A stretch of DNA of 64,000 nucleotides from NCBI RefSeq assembly GCF_009914755.1, contig NC_060925.1; one strand, 5' to 3'. A model generated the notes under the pieces. That model was given only the letters and a program-made list of their open reading frames with translations. It did no database searches and had not been told where the DNA came from. This DNA is from the human T2T-CHM13v2.0 reference genome, Homo sapiens. The translations under genes and the position numbers were made by a program. Positions 23,327-38,029 of the stretch are shown piece by piece; positions within the stretch are counted from its first letter, which is position 1, and each line of letters opens with the position of its first letter.

Positions 23327-25508
23327 TATCCATTCTTTAAGGTTAGAGTGGACATCTATTTGTTTTGTCTGCCAAGCACCCTTTCATAGTAGAGCTGTAT
23401 GTGGGATACTGGTTTTCATTCCGGATCCCAACTTCAAGGCCTATGTAACTGTCTATTCCCCAGAGGCCAAGAATGTCAGTGGGTGACAGCTCACAGTTGC
23501 ATCCCTCCCAGCCACAGGAAACAGCTTCACCCAGGGTTACATCCCCTCCTGGGGTATTCTGTGGCCAACAATCAGCTGATGCAGAACTCCATAAAGGATC
23601 ACCTGAGGCCTTAGTTGCAACTGCAGGGAAGGGTGGCTTCTCCCTCTGCCCAGTCCTGCCGTCTTCACTCCCCTAGGTATATCTCCTGAGCGTACCTGCA
23701 GAAAGTCTTCAGCATAAAGTCTGGCTCTGAGTCTTTTTCCAGAGAACCCAATCTAGGGCCATTTACTAGTACCAGAAGTGGCCCTAGGCAGTAGCCTCTA
23801 ATTTAGAGTCATTTGAAGGGGATGTTGGAGCAGGATCACTTGCTGGCCAGTTGGTGTAAGGATCCCATCACCAGTGGTAGGAGGTGATGCTGTAGGGGTG
23901 CAGATGCCATAACGTTCCACCAGTGATGAACTGGGTTGGCTTTCCAGTAGAAAGGATAGCATGGACTGATGCAATATCTCTGAGGCTTGAGAGAATGAAG
24001 ACAATCATAGCAACGAGGACTATGGAAGTGGGTGGTTGATGCTGAGTGCTCTTGATTTATTGATGAGAGATAAGGACAGTCAGAGCAATTAACCACCAAT
24101 TCAAGGCAATACTGAAAGTCAAAGGTTTCTCTGCAGCTTTTAAGGAAAACTTGATCTCTTACAACTGGAGGGCAGAGAGAAGACCAGGCTCAGGACTTAA
24201 TTCTAAGAGTAGAGGAGTTTCTGGAATGGTTGAATTCCCCACCCCACTAGGTCTCCTATGCCATGGTCAAGTCTTTCATGAGGAAGGAATAGAACCCTGC
24301 AATTTGGGACAGCAGTGTCTGGATATAGGTATTTGAGAATATTGAATCCCCAGATTCCCCTGAACCAGCTGCTCCTTTAGAATTGGTCCATTTCCCCTCG
24401 TTAGAAGATGGCTCTTCCCTTTGCTCAAAGATGGTGCAGGAGCCTCAAGTAAGGCTGGCATTTTGTGAGACACAGTTTGCTTCCCTCGTGGTCTACCCCA
24501 CCTCCCATCCTGGCGAATTATAAAAGTCAAATCTCTGTGGAGGTCTATTGATGGGGTATTGGGCTTACTAAGGAATTAGAGGGACCAAGTTGCTGCAGAA
24601 TCTGGCTAACATATACCTGCAGGAGCTAGGAGAGCACGCATGGAATGGAATCTTGAAGGTGCTAAACTGAGGGGAAATGGGAGATAAAGTTGGATTAAAG
24701 ATGGTTTATTATTATAGGAGCTTCTTCCATGATAAAGGATTTAGCATCCTGGCAAGGGCTAATATGCTGCGAAACAGGGTTAATAGCATCCTGGAAAACA
24801 GAGCTAATAAGATCTTAGGCTTTCAAGACCTTGGAAATAGTGATGGCTCACATTAAGTGAAATAGAAATATCATAACTTCCTTGGCAGATGGAAGAGAAA
24901 AGCCTCAAAGCCTCAGAGAAGTGGGCCTCCTAAAATGGATCAAGGCCAAGAATGCGAGGCGAGAAATTCACTAGCTGACTCTGTGAGAGGGCCCAGAGGA
25001 TGTTTGTTTACCAAAGTCATAAGGAACGTGCTGGTGAAGATCCCAGCCTTGCCGAGAAGCTCAGTTGAGGATGTCCTCTGTCAGCCAGGGATGATGATTG
25101 CAATAGGGGTGATAGGATCCTGAAATAATAGAGGTCAGAGGGTGATAATTAAACATCAGAAGCCAGCTGGGCACAATTATCACAATAAGGAACAAGGCTG
25201 AGTGAGAGCGTAGGGAAGCTGGTCTGCAGAGAGCTGGAGATGGTTCATGAAACAGGCTGTCCCTAGAGGCAAGACAAATGGGCACCTGACAAGAATGTTG
25301 CTTAATGTATAAAGTCCAAAGAAATTAAGAAAGGTTGATCAGAAGACTGAGGGCAGTCCTCCCAATATAAAGTCAAAGTTCCATGCCTAGTTTTTGAACC
25401 TCAGCCACTTCTTAGAAATGGAGCCCAGTGACACAAAAAGAGATCAAGTCCCTATGAAGAAGGACCATGCAATAATGCAGCAAGTGTACTAAATAGTAAA
25501 TTCCTGGA

Positions 25509-26096
25509 TACATTAGTCAGCGTTCTTCAGAGACACAGAACCAATAATATACTACATATATGATGTCATATATATATCAAATATATATTATATACTATAT
25601 ATCATATATAGTTTTTTATTGGTTCTGTATATATTATTATTGGCTCTGTTTCTCTGAGGAAGCCTGAGTAATACATCTGGGAATTTACTATTTATCTAGG
25701 AAACTTCTAGCTCACTAGCTAAAGAGAGAGGGCGGCTGGCAAGTCTGAAATCAATAGGGTGGGCCAGCAGCCTGAAAATTCAGGAGAGTTGGCATTGCAG
25801 TCTTGAATCTGAATTCCACAGGGCAGCAGGCTGAAAACTTGGCAGGGTTTCTATGTTCACAATCTGGAGGAAAATTTCTTCTTTGGGAAACCTTCGTCTT
25901 TGTTCTTAAGGCCTTCTACTGATTGGATAAGGCCAACCCACAAATGGAAAGTAATCTGCTTCACTCAAGTCTACTAATTTAAATGTTGATTACATCTGGA
26001 AAATACTCTCACAGTAACATCTAGGCTGGTGTTTAAAGAAACATCTAGGCACCATAACCAGCCTAGCCATGTTGACATATGGAATTAACCAGCATA
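25509..26096 (-). mobile_element. MLT2-family LTR inserted in the ERVL internal region
   Basis: attagtcagcgttcttcagagacacagaaccaata...tgttgacatatggaattaaccagca. Confidence 0.8.
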
Positions 26097-26936
26097 CTTG
26101 ACCTTCCCCCAATGGGATCTATTGCCATTTATTCAGGTAACCATGGTAACCATGCACTGGGGGCAGGGGGAATACCCAGTCCTTTCAAAAATGTTGGGTA
26201 CAAGATTGGGATTACAATTGATATCTGGGGCCCTGGACCACATACGTCTTATGGGGAGTTCTCTGGGAAGTCATTTTCCTGGTCCCTAAATGAATAATTG
26301 GAGTGGCCATGCTTGATGGTTGGCAGAACCTTCACACTGGCTCTTTGACCTGCAGTCGCAAAAAGTATTAAAGTAAGAAAGGCTGAGAAGAAGGTTTAAA
26401 ACCACTCCCTAACCATGCTAAGACAGTAAGTAAAAAAACAATACCATATTCTATGGAGAATGCAAAAACAATGATAGCAGGAGTGATGGTTCTGTGAAAC
26501 CCTACATAACTCATCAGTCTGGTCTCTGCAAACACCAGTGATTCATGGCTGATGACAGTGAACAACCACAAACCTAACCCAATACCAGCCCCCAGTGCAG
26601 CTACTGTGTTAAATGTGTTATCTTTGCAAGAGCAGATTAACCTCTAACATGTAGGATGTGGCCACTGATTCACTGAGTGAGTGCTTGTCCAACCCTGTCT
26701 GGGAGAATAATCAGAAACAGTTTGTGTTCATATAGCACAGACAACAGTATACATTTGTGGTATTGCCCTAGGGCTATGTTAACTTTCCTTCTTTCTGCCA
26801 AAATATAGTCCAAAGAGACCTAGATTGTATGGATAGTCCACAGAATATCACATTAGTCTATCACATCAGTGGTGTAATGTTAATTAGAGCAGATGAACAA
26901 ATTATTGCATCTCATACCTAAAATTAAGAAAGTACA

Positions 26937-27231
26937 GGCAGGGCATGGTGGCTCATGCCCAACACTTTCAGAGGCTGCGGCAGGAGGATCGTGTGAGGCC
27001 AGGAGTTAGAAAACAGCCTGGTCAACATAGCAAGGCCCCATCTCTACAAAATAAAAATTAAGAAAAAAATTAGCCAGGCATGGTGGTGCATGCCTATAGT
27101 CCCAGCTACTCAGGAGGCTGAGGCAGAGAATTGCTTGAGCCCAGGAATTCAGCTACAGTGAGCCATGATTGCACCACTGCATTCCAGCCTGGCCTGCACT
27201 CCAGTGAGACCCTGTCTCAAACAAAACAAAA
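26937..27231 (+). mobile_element. AluJ within ERVL pol
   Basis: ggaggatcgtgtgaggccaggag...cagtgagccatgattgcaccactgc. Confidence 0.9.
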
Positions 27232-27552
27232 TGCAATGTGTGGTAGGCTTCTTTGTGTTCTGGAAGCAGCATATTGCACCATTGGGAAGGTGCTCTGATG
27301 CATTCACTGAGTGATGTGGAAGGCTCCAAGATCTGAATGGGACCCAGAGTGGAGCAGGGCTCTGCAGCAGATCCAGGTGGCAATGCGTGCAGCCGTGCTG
27401 CTTGGGCCACTTGATTCAGTTACTAATGTTATCTGTGGTGGGGAGAGAGGCTTTGTGGTGTTTATGGCAGGCATCAATAGGAGAATCACAAAGTAGACAG
27501 CTAGAATTCTGGAGCAAGGCCATGCCACCTGTAGCAGAGAACACCACATCAT

Positions 27553-28612
<1,060 letters not shown>

Positions 28613-30914
28613 ATTTGAAAAAAACAACTTCAGGTACACTATTGGGTCTTGGTAAATGGAGCATATGACCTTGAACATCAAGTGACCACATGGCCAGAAA
28701 TGCCCATCCTAAACTGGATTCTGTCAGACCCACCAAATCATAAGGTCAGATGGCCCAACAGAAATCCAACATACGATGGAAATTGTACATCTAGGATCAA
28801 CACAAGTGAGGCCAGAGGGCACAAGCAAGTTGTGTGAACAGGTAGCCCAAACTGTATGTCACCCATCACTCTTGCACTGGCCTCTTCTCCAGCTCACAGT
28901 GGTGGCTGTAGGGGAGTTTCCTTTGTGACCAGTGGAAAGAAAAGGGCTGAGCTTGGTTCATGGATGGGTCAGCTTGTGTCAGTGGATGCTGAAAACAGAT
29001 GGCAGCTGCACTGTTCAGGACTGACCTTGAAAGAGCAGTGAAGGAAAATTCTTCCAATGGGTACAGATCCAGGCAGCATACCTGGTCACCCAACTATGGA
29101 AACAGAAGAGGCCCAAGATAAGAATATACTAAAACTCATGGCCTAGCTGGTTGGTCAGAGCCTGGTAGGAGAATGATTAGATTGTCAGACACAAGGAGGT
29201 GTGGATGGAACCATGGGAATGTATTCCATGCTAATGGCCATCAAAGAGCACCCACTATAAAGAGGCTCTACACAAGTTAGACACAATGACTCAGCAAGTT
29301 CATGTCACCCATTCCAGTGCTGGTATGATGGGTGTGTGAGCAGAGTGGCCAACATGGCAGAGATGGAGCCTACACATGGGCCCAGCAGCAAGAGTTTCCA
29401 CCCACCCAGTCTCATCTAGCTACTTCTGCTGCCAAATGTCCAACCTGACATTGAGCCTCTGACACAGCACCATTCCTCAAGGAGTCCCCTTGGTACAATT
29501 GATTTGACTGAGAAGATGCACATTCTCAGTATGATCTGCCTTTCCTGTCCACAGGGCCTTGGCCATTATGAGCACTTACAAAGTATTTATTTCATTCCAT
29601 CTACAAAGGATCCTGTAAACATTACTGCAGACCAAGGGGCACTTTACAGAAAAAAAGTGTGGCCACAGGCACAGAGAATCCACCAGCACAGAGTCCAATT
29701 ACTTACTGTGTCATGCAGCAGCTGCCAGCCTGATAGAGCAGTAGACTTCCCTTAAAGATACTGCTGCTGGAGGATTCCCTGTGAGGATGAGTTGTCACCC
29801 TCCAGGAAGCAAATACAACCTAAAGCAATAACTATTACATACTGACATGTCCCCACGGGCTGAGGAGGAATGCACTATTTACCGGTACTGCAATGACCCA
29901 CTCTGGGAGCGTGGGCTGCCCATCTCCCTTACTTCAGGTTCTGTGGGCGAGAAAAACAGCCACCATCCTGATAGGGATTATAGATCCTGATCATCAGGAA
30001 GAGGCAGGACTGATGTTGCATGAGAAAGAAGGGAAAAATACATCCACCATTCAGGTGATCTACTGGGATATGGCTTAGTGCTTCTCATGCCCAGTTTTAG
30101 TGGTAAATGGATAAGTACAGCCATGATGGCCCAAGAAGGACATGGTAACAGAATCTCAGACTCCTCAGGGATAAAGGTCTGAGTCACTCCAACAGGCTCT
30201 AGCCAAGGGCGAGTTGAATCTAGAAAAGGTTGAGGAGGAGGGGATGATGAGTATTAGATATAACCTCAAGAGCAATATACAACCTTCTCTTGTAAATTTC
30301 CCTTGAAATAAGACCAACCAAAGTCTTGGAGCAGTTGTTCTCATAGGGACAAACTTATTGTAAGAAATAAGTAGATGTGAACAGGGTGAAGTGTGGACAG
30401 TCCTGTGTGCTGTGGTACATCCCTCAATGCCCTCTTTAAAGCAGCAAACACATTCTTTGGTGTCTAGGAATATCAGCTGCTGATGGTTTGTAGCTGTGTC
30501 TTTCCCTGGGAATCACCCTCAGCTTCACCCAAGGTCATACCTTCTCATAGGGAAATGACACATAAATGACACAAAACAATAACTGGTCAATGGGACACAG
30601 TAGTCCAGCTTCCTTGTCTCAGTTGGGGACAATTCTCAGCTCCAGAGCTCCCTGTAGCTAAGGCCCCAGGTGTAACCACATTATGGGTTAGTTTCTTCCG
30701 CTGTCCAATCCTGCCTGCCTTTCTTCCTTATGGATGTGTCCCAAGAGCACTCTCCAGTAATCCTTCTGCACACGCGTTCCATCTCAGGAGCTGTTTCTAG
30801 GGAACCTCACCTTCTTTGAGGGAACATCTCTCCCAACTCCAGTCATGTGGCTCTAGCAGGGGCAAAGAGTCACAGCATCTTGTCCTCCTGGCCACCATTG
30901 GCCCAGGGTAAGGT

Positions 30915-31363
30915 TTTAATTTTTTTAAGATAGTGTCTCACTCTGTCACCCAGGCTGGGGTGCAATGGTGTGATCATGGTTCACTGCAGCTTTGACTCCT
31001 GGGCTCAAGTGATCCTCCTGCCTCAGCCTCCTCAGTAGATGGGACTACAGGCATGAACCACCACACCCAGCTACTCTTTTTTTTTTTTTTTTTTTTTTTT
31101 TTGAGACAGAGTCTCGCTGTTTCACCCAGGCCGGACTGCAGTGGCGCTATCTCGGCTCACTGCAAACTCCGCCTCCTGGGTTCACGCCATTCTCCTGCCT
31201 CATCCTCCCAAGTAGCTGCTACTTTTTATTTATTTTTCATTTTTGTAGAGATGAAGTTTTGCTTTGCTACCCAGGCTGGTCTTGAACTACTGGTTTCAAG
31301 AGATCCGCCTGCCTTAGCCTCCCAACGTGCTGGGGTTACGGGCTTGAGCCACTGCACCCAGCA
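30915..31363 (-). mobile_element. AluJ with a 5'-truncated AluY-lineage element (31076-31217) inserted in its linker
   Basis: Two AluJ arms separated by poly(T) and an AluY right-arm piece; GCTACT duplicated at 31070-31075 and 31218-31223. Confidence 0.85.
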
Positions 31364-31796
31364 GGGATAAATTTTTAAATCTTCCACTCGTAGGGAAAGC
31401 CAGTCTACAGTAAATGAGAATGAAGGCAACACCCAGAGAGAGGCAAAAATTAAAGAGAACAAGACTGTAAGTCACTGTTTCGGATAGCCTAGATGCCCTT
31501 CTTTCTCCTTCTTCTGACTTTAGTTGTTCAGCTTTGGGTCTATAGGCTACTACTCAGTCCTTACAAAAAACAACCCTTTGGTGTTTAAGTTAATTTGAGT
31601 GGAGTCTTTTATAGTTACAACCAAGAGGTCCTATCTAATACAAAATTCTAACTAAAGTCCTATTGTCTTTATGAAACTGTTATTGGTTTCTTCAGTGTAA
31701 AATGATTTATCCCCTCCCAGGCTGCACAGACCCCTGAGGTCTGTACCATACTCCTTGGTCTGCAGTTCTGTCTTGTAAAATTCTATCTATCTATCA

Positions 31797-32078
31797 TCTA
31801 TTATTTATTGTGGTAAATTACCCATAACATGAAATCTACATCTTAACCATTTTTACATGTTCAGTCCAGTGGCATTCAGTACATTCACATTGTTATGCAA
31901 ACATCACCACCATCCATTGCCACAACTCTCATCTTCCCAAACTGAAACTCTGTCTCCATTAAACACTAACTCCTCTTCCCCATGAGCCCCTGGCTACCAC
32001 GTTTCTACTGCCTGTTACTGTTCGATTCCTCTAGATATCTCATACAAGTGGAATCATACAGCGTTTGTCCCTTTGTCT
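31797..32078 (-). mobile_element. L1MB-like 3' end
   Basis: cagtggcattcagtacattcacattgttatgc...cccaaactgaaactctg. Confidence 0.8.
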
Positions 32079-32565
32079 GCATTATTCTTTGTTTTCTGTT
32101 TAGTCTTGCCTGCGCTCTCTAGCTTGTTAGCTCTTGCCTGATGCCCCATGTTTGCCAGCCTCTTTACCTCCCTATGCCTGGAACAGCCTGGAAGCAGTGG
32201 CACCTTCCTTCCCCTGCAGTTTGGGGTGTCCCCTTTTTCTGTCCTGCAGGCCTCAGATTAGCCAACTTGAGGACTGGCTTTCAACACAATAGGAAAATGT
32301 GAGGGCTCCCCGGCTGAAGCAAAATGTTCCCAGAATTGTGAAGGTTCTTCTTGGTTCTTCCTCCTTTATGTGGTTTATTTTTATTTTTATTTTTATTTTT
32401 TACAATCTGGGAGCATAGATTCAAGTTTCCCTGAGTATATACTCCTCTTTCTATAATTTTTTCTTCATACTTCAGTTCCTGAGTGTTCACTGATGCCTGA
32501 AACTCTTGACCACTTGTCTTGTTTAACTCTCTTATAAGAGGTTCCTGGTACCACACACACACAAG

Positions 32566-32880
32566 TAATAATAATAATAATAATAATAAATAGATCTCAG
32601 ACTGGAAACCAGGAGACTCAGTTCTGATCCTGGGTCCATGTAGCCTTGGACAAGCCTCTCAAAGGGTCTGTATCTCAGTTTCTTCTTCTTTAACATTGTG
32701 CTAACCCATGATACATGCTTCCTGTGTGTCAGGCACGGTGTCTGGATTGTCTTATGTAATACAAAAATGTGATCTGCATAGGATAAAGACACTTGGGTTA
32801 GAGAACATGTCACTTATCTGAGATCACACACAGTGGTGAAGCTGGGGTGAGAGCTTGCATCATCTGCTTTGGAATCCCAT
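32566..32880. repeat. (TAA)n repeat followed by MIR fragments
   Basis: taataataa run; MIR core ccttggacaagcctctc...tctcagtttcttc. Confidence 0.6.
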
Positions 32881-35128
32881 GCTTAGCTCTATTGCCCCAG
32901 GCTCTCCAACCATACCTTCTCAGTTGCTCTTCATCTCCAAAGGTCTGTAACTGTTTCTGCCTAGCCAGCATGCACCTGCCCCAGCTTCAGAGTTTTCTGT
33001 GCTCCCTGGCTCTTGGCCAAGAGCCACACATTTGTCTGATGCTCCACCAGAATGCCTTGAGTCCAAAGAGCATTTGGGACTTTGAGCAAATCATTGGGCC
33101 TGGGCTTCCTTCCATAAGTCTTAAAGCATGAAAGAGGTTGTATTTAAGATGGGCTTTGGTGCTCCCATGGAGAACAGAGTGGCAGAGTATCCAGAATCAT
33201 TGACTCCTTGCACTAGAGGGAATGTTTAGTTGTGATTTAGTTATTTCCCTTGGCTCCATCTCTTTTAATCAAAGGGACATCTACCCAGGGAAGAATATTG
33301 GGATTTTCTGGGTTGGGAGGAGGGCTGGAGAATTAGAACTGACCATTTGGGAACAGTAGCAGGTAGCTTTCTCACTCTGAGCCTGGCAGGTGGCAAGTAC
33401 ACAGAGGAGAGAGCTGGTGGCACCGAGGAGCTGTCCGGGAGGCCTATTTTTGGAAGACACATTGGGATGGCAACAACATGAGTCTGTGAGAGGACTTTTT
33501 TTCTTTTGAAAATACTCTTTAATGTCTCAATGTTCCACTTTCCCGGGAATGGAGCGGCTGCTGCCTTTCAGGGGAGCTATAAATACTCCTAGCCAGTTTG
33601 ATTAAATAATGCCACAGAATGAGGGTGAGGAGGGCCAGGTGTTCTGGGAAACCTGTACAGCTGCCAATAATTGGACTAAAAGATGCAGAGGCTCCAGCTT
33701 GGCTGGCAGGATGAATACAGCGTAGGGAGAGAAAAGGGCTTCCCAGGCCCAGCTCCCCAAAAGCCAGTGGATACGGGGGAAAGGGCTGTGTTGATGCTCC
33801 CAGGAGGAACTTCCAATGAAGCCAAGGACTCTGGGGCTTGAGTGGACTCTCTGCCCAAGTGAGCAGTGCCAGGCTCAGAAGAGGACCCTGATGGAGTGCA
33901 CAGAGCCTGGCGGGGAGATGCTCAGAGCAGGTGCATTCATAGCTGCTGTCGGGATGCCCTGCTCTGAGCAGGGAAAGGGCAGTGGGTACATGAGCTCCAC
34001 ACTTTCCCCACAGGGCTGGTGTGTTCTCATGGGCCTCAGCCAGCAGGTGCCCTTAGCCCTCCAAGTGGCTCATCCAGAACCATGTCTCTGGGCATTTTAA
34101 GGCATGGGGGAGGAGTGTTTTCTTGGCAAAGATAAGCAGAATGCAAGAAATAAATAGCTTCTCATGTGCATATAATTATACTGAGGCTCAGTGATTACTC
34201 GGGATCCTGACTTGGAATAAAGTCAACAATTCAGCAGTCTCCTAAAGACTTTGTCCAGCCCCACCTCCCTCATGTTTTAGAGCCTGTGATCCTATTACCA
34301 TCAGGACATCAAATGTTTCACCTTTTTCTCCTTCATGATGTGGAGGAGACTTGCTTTGGAAAGCTGGTCTTCCAATCTGAGATGGCCTCAGCCCAGGAGA
34401 TGTGCTGGGAGCATAAGGGGAGTTGTGTCCCCCACTTCATGCCAGATCCGCTTCTACTGCTCCCTCGAAGGGTAAATCCAGGAATGGTCTTCCCTGCGGG
34501 CAGAGGCGGGGCACAAAGTAACCCAATTCCTTAGCCCTGAAAGAGAAATGCAGTAGATATTGTGCCGCTGGCAGCATTTTCCTGGACATATTTGTATTTT
34601 TGTCTTCTGTTTCCACAGAACTCTCATCCTGGACGTTTGGCCACCTGTGAGGAAAAGAGGCATTTGATTTTCTGCAGAGGTCAACTCTTGTAAAAGCCTC
34701 TGTTCCTCATCCTTCAACAGAGCAGCCACATGTATCATTCCAGGCCCCACTTAAAATCAGAAAACCTAAGTGGGCACAGGAACAAGCTCAGGCTTTAAAC
34801 TGCTTGTTGCTGGTGTAATGTGTGAATAGTGCATCTTTGGTGTAGATTCTAAAACAAAACTTGGAGAGCAACCCTGGTGACAGTGGTCACAGGCAGAGTC
34901 TGCTGTATCTGTCCCCCAAACTTATGCCTTCCTCCACACTGAGCAGCACCAGCAAAGGGTGCTTGTGAATCAGGATGTTGTTAAACAAGCTGGGAGAAGA
35001 GAAACCACAGTGTCTTTGTGTTTGAATGAATCATATTTCATGTGTCATCCTGTTTATTGTTGATGTCTTCCTTGTACCCCTTGCCAACAGGATCCGGGAA
35101 AATGGTGCATTCTAATCAGTGGGTCTGG

Positions 35129-35604
35129 GGTTTCTTTTTTTTTCTCTAGTTTTTTTTTTTTATTATTATACTTTAAGTTCTGGGATACATGTGCAGAACA
35201 TGCATGTTTGTTACATAGGTATAAATGTGCCATGGTGGTTTGCTGCACCCATCAACCCATCATCTACATTAGGTATTTCTCCTAATGCTGTCCTTCCCCT
35301 TGCCCCCAACCCCGCGACAGGCCCAAGTGTGTGATGTTCCCCTCCCTGTGCCCATATGTTCTCGTTGTTCAACTTCCACTTATGAGTGAGAAAATGTGGT
35401 GTTTGATTTTCTGTTTCTGTGTTAGTTTGCTGAGAATGATGGTTTCCAGCTTCATCCATGTCCCTGCAAAGGACATGAACTCACCCTTTTTATGGCTGCA
35501 TAGTATTCCATGGTGTATATGTCCCACATTTTCTTTATCCAGTCTATCATTGATGGGAATTTGGGTTGGTTCCACGTCTTTGCTATTGTGAATAGTGCTG
35601 CAAT
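35129..35604 (-). mobile_element. 5'-truncated L1PA7/8-like 3' end
   Basis: Poly(T) then ttatactttaagttctgggatacatgtgcagaac...; no clear TSD. Confidence 0.9.
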
Positions 35605-35795
35605 CAGGATGAGCATCTTTCAGGAGGATTGCTGAGGGTGAAGATACCTCCAGAGAAATAACAGAGGGACTCACTGGATAAGTCCATACTAAGGTATGAT
35701 ACCAGATCCTTCCAGCAGAATTTGATGGGTCAGATAAAAATAATAGGAGATTATAATACAAAACAAGAAAAAATAGATATATTTCTTATGTATTA

Positions 35796-35850
<55 letters not shown>
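35796..35850. repeat. (TATC)13 tetranucleotide STR
   Basis: Perfect array, seen directly. Confidence 0.97.
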
Positions 35851-35857
35851 ATGAATC

Positions 35858-35945
35858 TCTGCACTTTGGGAGGCCAAGAGGAGGATTGCTTGAGGCCAGG
35901 AGTAGTTCAAGACCACCCTGAGCAACAAGCAAGACCCCATCTCTC
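35858..35945 (+). mobile_element. Alu left-monomer fragment with a CT/TA tail
   Basis: gcactttgggaggccaagaggaggattgcttgaggccaggag. Confidence 0.75.
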
Positions 35946-36499
35946 TCTCTCTCTCTATATATATATATAAGGAGAAATAAATATATATTTGGCTTTTGCC
36001 TCATTTCTGGTACAAAGTGTCTAAACCCTTGTAATTTCCTAAGTGACAGAGGTTCTGGGAGCATCAGGAACATCCAAGCAGTGCCAATGGTAGCAATGTC
36101 TCTTGGTCCTGAGCAGGGCAATATTGACTTTCACCCAGTCCCCAGACAATAGCAGGGCAGCACATGGTGGCCTCCAAGGAGACACACACCCTTTGCCCTT
36201 ATCTTGTTGCCCTCTGTGTCTGAGTCCATCCTTCCCTCCAGTCCTTTTTCTGCCACTGCTCCTATTGAAGGAGAACTCTACTACTCTAGCCAAATCTATG
36301 CAAAGTTTTCAGTAATTGCACACATCCCACTGTACTGTGGCTTCCTCTTTGTTCACACTCATTCTGGTTGGAATCTCTTTTCTTTCTACCTCTACCTATT
36401 TGAATGTTGTTTTCCTTCCAAGACCCAACTCCAGCATCATTTGACTTACTCATCATATTGACTTACATCTCTTCTGTCTTCATTGAGTTCTCAATTTCT

Positions 36500-36655
36500 A
36501 CCAAGAGCTTTGCATATATTCATTCTAGTCCTTTCAACAATCCCATAAGATAGAGATTATTATTTCCACTTTATGAATGAGAAAACTGAGTTCAGAGAAG
36601 TAAAATAACTTGTCCAAGACCACACATAACTGATAAAGCTGGGACTGAAATACAT
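36500..36655 (-). mobile_element. MIR
   Basis: gaatgagaaaactgagttcagagaagtaaaataacttgtccaagaccacac. Confidence 0.75.
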
Positions 36656-38029
36656 GAATGAATGAATAGATTAATAAGAGCTTGCATTACCAAGAAGCAA
36701 ATAAAAACATACTCAACATATTCCTCAGGGAAATGCAAATCAAAACCACAATGAGAAACCACTCACACCCACTAAAATGGCTCGAATAAAAAACACAGAC
36801 AGTAACAATTGTTGGCGAGGAAGTGGGCAAATTGGAACTGTTATGCATTGCTGGTGGGAGTGCAATAGTACAGTCATTTGGAAAACAGTTTGACTATTCC
36901 TAAAAAAAGTTAAAGATGGAATTGCCATATAACCCAGCAATTTCACTTCTAGGTATATATGCAAGGATTGAAACGTGTTCACAGAAAACTTTTACTTGAA
37001 CGGTCATGGCAGGGTTATTCATAATTGCCAAAAAGTAGAAAAGAGCCAGAAGTCCATCATCAGCTGATGACTAGCTAAACAAAATGGGCCATAGCTACGT
37101 AATGGAATAATATTCAGCCATAAAAAGGAATGAACTACTGGCACATGCTACACATTGATGAACCCTGGAAACCTTAGTTCAATGAAAGAAGACAGACAAA
37201 GACAACTGCATATTGTGTTGTTAGAATTTAAACAACAGAGAGAGAGAGAGAGAGAGAGACTCTCTAAAATTAAATGATATTTATTTCAGAGTAAGCATGC
37301 AATAAGAATACAGTAGGCATATCTGGGAAGGTAAAGGAAGACAAGGGCTTTAAAAGAAAAAAAAAATGAAGAGGATTACATAAGTTATTTTGAAACAATT
37401 ATCCTTGGCTACAAGGATCCAAACAAGGGCAGCACATGTCCGAGGTTGGACAGGCAGTAGCTGGACAGATGCCATTGCAGCAGCACTTTTTTTGTGTAAG
37501 ATTGTGGTGGCCCATTTGCAAGGTTGTGATTTTTGCAGAGTCTTTTGTGATAGTTCTTGTTACCAGGTAGACATGTGTGAGATCTTTTCCTTTATGGCTT
37601 TCGCTGGCTCTATTTGTCAGGATTTTCACACAGTGACTTATTTTAATTTTCAGAACTTTTACAATTCCCCCTTTTGATTGAGATCTTTCCCTGAAAGCAT
37701 TGCTGATCAATAATCCTGTAGTTAGGTTTTGGTTATATTTTGGTGCCAGAATGGACCTGACATGGGTTGGTCTGGTCCCACACTGGAGGGAGTGATTGAC
37801 AACTAGGAGTCGGTGTCAAAACTCTTTCAGCCACATTTGAGCCACAGGGAATTTCTGAAAGAGTGGCTTTCAAGCCTACCTGCAGTCCATTGTTAAGTTG
37901 AATTTTGTCTGTTCCATAAACATTGATTATCATCTCAAAGTGCTGGGCTAGCATTCTTTTGTTAGGATTTGTATTGTAGAAATTTGACAAGCAACGGGTA
38001 CAAAGTTAAAAAAAAAAAGGAAAAGAAAA

